Below are positions 61,055 to 64,000 of a DNA stretch of 64,000 nt, piece after piece. The notes below the pieces were generated by a model, which searched no databases, was not told the DNA's origin, and saw only the letters and a program-made list of their open reading frames with translations. The translations under genes were made by a program, and so were the position numbers. Within the stretch, counting starts at the first letter, position 1. Every line of letters begins with the position of its first letter. This DNA comes from Omnitrophica bacterium GWA2_41_15 (GTDB lineage: Bacteria; Omnitrophota; Gorgyraeia; Ghiorseimicrobiales; Ghiorseimicrobiaceae): positions 5,598 through 69,597 of the forward strand of contig CAKKQO010000037.1 in the NCBI GenBank assembly GCA_919902105.1, written 5' to 3'.

Positions 61055-62044
61055 TTACCTGACGATAAATTTAATAAGCCGCTCACCTTTTAATGCCGAT
61101 ATGCCCTGCGGCAAATCAACTATAGAACCAAATTTTCTATTATCTATTAAATCTTCCAGCTCCTCTATGTGCCGATAATCTATGCGCCTTAGATTGCCTT
61201 TAAGTTTCTCGATGCTTAGACGCAGTATCATGCGCCTTAAAGCAGGGTGCAGCTTTAGAATATCCTTTATCTTGATGCGTATCTCTTTACAATTTTTTGG
61301 GATTTTTATTTTTTTAAAACATCCTTCTGCCTCTTTTCTCATAAAGTCATAATCTAAACTAGCGCTCTCTGCGGTATGAGAAAGGATATCAACGATATTT
61401 TTGTTGTATTTCTTTAATTCCGGAATAAGACGGTTACGGATACGGTTCCTAAAATAGATGTCTTGCTTATTTGTTTTATCAACCCGATAAGGGATGAACT
61501 TAGCGGATAGATAAGCCAAAACTTCATTTTTAGTTACCTCGATTAACGGACGGATAAATATATATTTTGATATTTTTCTTCTAGGCAATATTGCCGAAAG
61601 TCCGTATAATCCCGCACCCCTTAATAAGCGCATAAGCACGGTTTCTGACTGGTCGTCTTTCGTATGCCCCGATGCAATTTTATCGGCCCCTACCTCATTG
61701 GCAACCCGGAATAAAAAATCCTGGCGCATTTTTCTTGCTGTTTCTTCAAGCGACGAATTAGTTTTTAACTTCCTTACATCTATTTCTTCATAGAAAAATG
61801 GGATTTTAAATTTTTCTGATAATTTTTGCGCAAATAATAAATCCTGATGGGAATCTCTTCCTCTGAACATATGATTAAGGTGAGCGCAAATAAGTTTAAG
61901 GCAAAAATCTTTTTTTAGGGAATTTAGCAGGTATAAAAGAGAGACGGAATCCGGCCCGCCGGAAAGCGCAACTAAGACGCAATCCCCCTTCTTTAAAAGT
62001 CTGTATTTTTGAACGGTTGATTTGACCCTATCGGTGAGCTTCAT
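61055..62044 (-). CDS. tilS: tRNA(Ile)-lysidine synthetase
   Basis: The PP-loop is present as VALSGGPDSVSLLYLL. Confidence 0.85.
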   Translation of the reverse strand: MKLTDRVKSTVQKYRLLKKGDCVLVALSGGPDSVSLLYLLNSLKKDFCLKLICAHLNHMFRGRDSHQDLLFAQKLSEKFKIPFFYEEIDVRKLKTNSSLEETARKMRQDFLFRVANEVGADKIASGHTKDDQSETVLMRLLRGAGLYGLSAILPRRKISKYIFIRPLIEVTKNEVLAYLSAKFIPYRVDKTNKQDIYFRNRIRNRLIPELKKYNKNIVDILSHTAESASLDYDFMRKEAEGCFKKIKIPKNCKEIRIKIKDILKLHPALRRMILRLSIEKLKGNLRRIDYRHIEELEDLIDNRKFGSIVDLPQGISALKGERLIKFIVR

Positions 62045-62091
62045 CAGACGACAAACTACTCCAAGAAAAAGACTTCATAATTTATTCAATG

Positions 62092-62165
62092 TGACGGCGA
62101 GTGGATTTGAACCACTGACCGAGCGGGTATGAGCCGCTTGCTCTACCAGGCTGAGCTACGCCGCC
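62092..62165 (-). tRNA. tRNA with anticodon CAU; elongator Met or Ile2 (lysidine), not initiator
   Basis: Acceptor stem GGCGGCG/CGCCGTC with a paired 1:72, anticodon stem AGCGG/CCGCT (no GGG:CCC), loop CTCATAC, CCA not encoded. It lies directly downstream of tilS. Confidence 0.75.
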
Positions 62166-62177
62166 AAAATTAAGTTT

Positions 62178-62396
62178 TTATTTATGCATAAAAAGTGACA
62201 AATTACCCATCAGGAAAAAGAACGCCGCGACAAGTATAATTAAAATAATAGTAATCAAAAGGATTGCCCGGCGGCAGATATAAGTAATTAGGCATACCAG
62301 AAAAAAAATCGGTAGTCCAATTTTTAGTGTAAGGGGAATATCCAGCGTCCCCCACCATTCTGGTATAGAAATTAGTATGTTTTTGACATTATACAT
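62178..62396 (-). CDS. Small hydrophobic hypothetical protein (72 aa)
   Basis: ORF only; two predicted transmembrane helices. Confidence 0.25.
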   Translation of the reverse strand: MYNVKNILISIPEWWGTLDIPLTLKIGLPIFFLVCLITYICRRAILLITIILIILVAAFFFLMGNLSLFMHK

Positions 62397-62517
62397 TGTA
62401 TTAATTCCGAATTTCTAATGACGAATGCCGAATAAATGACGAAATCTTAATGTCGAATTTAATAATTGCATCATTATGGTTTTATTAGGCATTCGGATTT
62501 ATGATTTAGTCATTTCT

Positions 62518-63306
62518 TTATTTCTTTCTATACGCATCTAAAAATGAATCGCAGTATATTTGTCTATTTAAAATTAGCTCCGCCGTAATCAGCGCATCCA
62601 TCAGGTCTTTATCTAAAGGGTCCAGGATTGCCCCGTCAAGACCGCAGGCCTGAGCCATTACTAAAAAAGTGCGGTTGATTAGGCTGCGGACACCTGTCCC
62701 TTGCGATACATTACTTAGACCGACGATTGTCTTTGGCGGCGGTTCCGACAGGAGCTTAAATTCTCTTATCGCCTCAAGTGCTTCCGTGCCTTGCGATTGC
62801 GCGACATTTACCGGCAGGATTATTGGGTCAAGATATAAATCAGATAGATTAAAATTATTTTCCTGGCAGTAGGTTACAATTTGTGCCGCAAGCTCTAGGC
62901 GCTGGAAGCGGTCCTGCGGCACGCCTTTTTTATTCATTGCAAGACCGATAAGCAGGCTGTTATACCTTAGCGCCAGCGGTACGAGTATATCCAGCCTTTC
63001 CTTATCTGCGCCGGTTGAATTAATGATAGTTTTATTTTTGGCCATTGATAGACCGGCCTCAATGACATCGGCTTTTGTAGAGTCCAGGCATAGCGGGGTG
63101 TCTACCACTTCCTGTATAGATTCTACCAGCCATTTCATCGTATCGCCAGGCGTTGCGGAAGCCGGGCCGCAGTTGACATCCAAGGCGCTTGCGCCGGCCT
63201 TTGTCTGGGCAAGAGCAATTTCTTGGATTATTTTCTTGTTCTTATCCTTTATTGCTTCACGGACATTTCTATACATTCCGTTAATCAGTTCGCCTACGAT
63301 GAACAT
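62518..63306 (-). CDS. Pterin-binding (DHPS-like TIM barrel) methyltransferase, methyltetrahydrofolate:corrinoid MeTr/AcsE-like
   Basis: IVGELINGMYRNVREAI...ALDVNCG...NST is typical of the Pterin_bind domain. Confidence 0.6.
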   Translation of the reverse strand: MFIVGELINGMYRNVREAIKDKNKKIIQEIALAQTKAGASALDVNCGPASATPGDTMKWLVESIQEVVDTPLCLDSTKADVIEAGLSMAKNKTIINSTGADKERLDILVPLALRYNSLLIGLAMNKKGVPQDRFQRLELAAQIVTYCQENNFNLSDLYLDPIILPVNVAQSQGTEALEAIREFKLLSEPPPKTIVGLSNVSQGTGVRSLINRTFLVMAQACGLDGAILDPLDKDLMDALITAELILNRQIYCDSFLDAYRKK

Positions 63307-63364
63307 GGGTTAATTCTCCTTGTCAGCTAGACAACACCCGCGCAATTCCAATTAGCGCGGGGTG

Positions 63365-63970
63365 TCATCTTTTCATTAATTCTTCTATATTTTTCTTGAT
63401 TAACTCAATTGCCTTGGGATGGCGCATTATCAGGATATCTGCGCCGGCCTGTAAAAAGGCGGAGGCAGTTACTGTTTCCCAGAGTATTCCACGCTCAAGT
63501 TCATTTCCCCATTCCGGACACTCTTTAGCGGTAGTTTTTGCTTCTTTTGCGCGCCATGCCTCCTGCCCTACAAAGCAGATGAAGGCTTGAGAAAGTATCC
63601 TGTCGCCGCCAAGAGCGGCAAGGCGCGCGCGCTCCATAATAGAGTAAGCATACTCTAATCCGTAACCTAAGGCGCCAACCGTCGGGTTGATTACTATTCT
63701 GTTTACGGCAAATCCCATTTCACTGATTAAGATATTTAGCTGTTTGGCAATATTTATATCAATGGGTGATTCAGCGATAATATTATGCCCGTAAGCAAGG
63801 CAGGCGGCAGTTAGGGTCTTATAATTCTTTTGCAGCGCATCTCCGATAAGGCAACGTTCGCCTTTGGCCGCCTCGGCAATCTTAGGCAAAACCAAATTAT
63901 CTTTGGCTTCATCATTACAGCCGATAATAATCAAAGGAATTTTAACAGCGCTTAAGACGTCTCTTATCAA
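63365..63970 (-). CDS. CdhD/AcsD-like (corrinoid Fe-S protein small subunit / acetyl-CoA decarbonylase-synthase delta-like) TIM-barrel protein; start uncertain
   Basis: Adjacent to the AcsE-like gene. The start codon is TTG and the assignment is tentative. Confidence 0.35.
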   Translation of the reverse strand: MIRDVLSAVKIPLIIIGCNDEAKDNLVLPKIAEAAKGERCLIGDALQKNYKTLTAACLAYGHNIIAESPIDINIAKQLNILISEMGFAVNRIVINPTVGALGYGLEYAYSIMERARLAALGGDRILSQAFICFVGQEAWRAKEAKTTAKECPEWGNELERGILWETVTASAFLQAGADILIMRHPKAIELIKKNIEELMKR

Positions 63971-64000
63971 TTTTACTGCTTCATCAGCAGATTTATTGCC

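Noticed and set aside
1-64000. Near-total minus-strand gene orientation as a sign of a single giant operon or misassembly
   Set aside because: Several internal promoters, the tRNAs and the independent cassettes argue for ordinary co-orientation, probably leading-strand bias, not one transcript.

Overview
AT-rich bacterial chromosomal window (about 35-38% GC by eye), transcribed almost entirely on the minus strand; only rpoN and one MntA/HepT pair are on the plus strand. Positions 1-34 kb hold one large surface-polysaccharide locus: Wza, a PCP/Wzz protein and a BY-kinase for export, Wzm/Wzt ABC export, ManC, CysDN sulfate activation, several GT2/GT4 glycosyltransferases including two fusion enzymes, three PF01663-type alkaline-phosphatase-superfamily enzymes, a sulfatase-fold enzyme carrying Thr/His where sulfatases have Cys/Arg, a radical-SAM/SPASM protein and an O-antigen-ligase-like membrane protein. 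The locus is headed by an excisionase-type HTH gene behind a near-consensus sigma-54 promoter, divergent from rpoN. The locus is interrupted by six small toxin-antitoxin or defence-type cassettes (two AbiEi/AbiEii pairs, MntA/HepT, Fic, and two uncharacterised nucleotidyltransferase pairs) plus the sulfatase-like gene. Each of these is flanked by a 50-110 bp direct duplication of the end of a neighbouring host gene. Positions 35.8-54 kb hold a REP/RAYT system (seven copies of a 23-29 nt palindrome, one apparently inserted in-frame in an aldehyde dehydrogenase) embedded in a candidate biosynthetic cluster next to a PadR regulator gene. That cluster contains ACP, an active ketosynthase plus an inactive KS-like partner, a B12-radical-SAM enzyme, an SDR, cyclases, reductases and an acyl-CoA ligase. 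Positions 54-64 kb hold a tRNA-Gly/Tyr/Thr cluster, housekeeping genes (nnr, acpS, pdxJ, folP, ftsH, tilS next to a tRNA-CAU) and AcsE/AcsD-like genes. No CRISPR array and no rRNA were seen.
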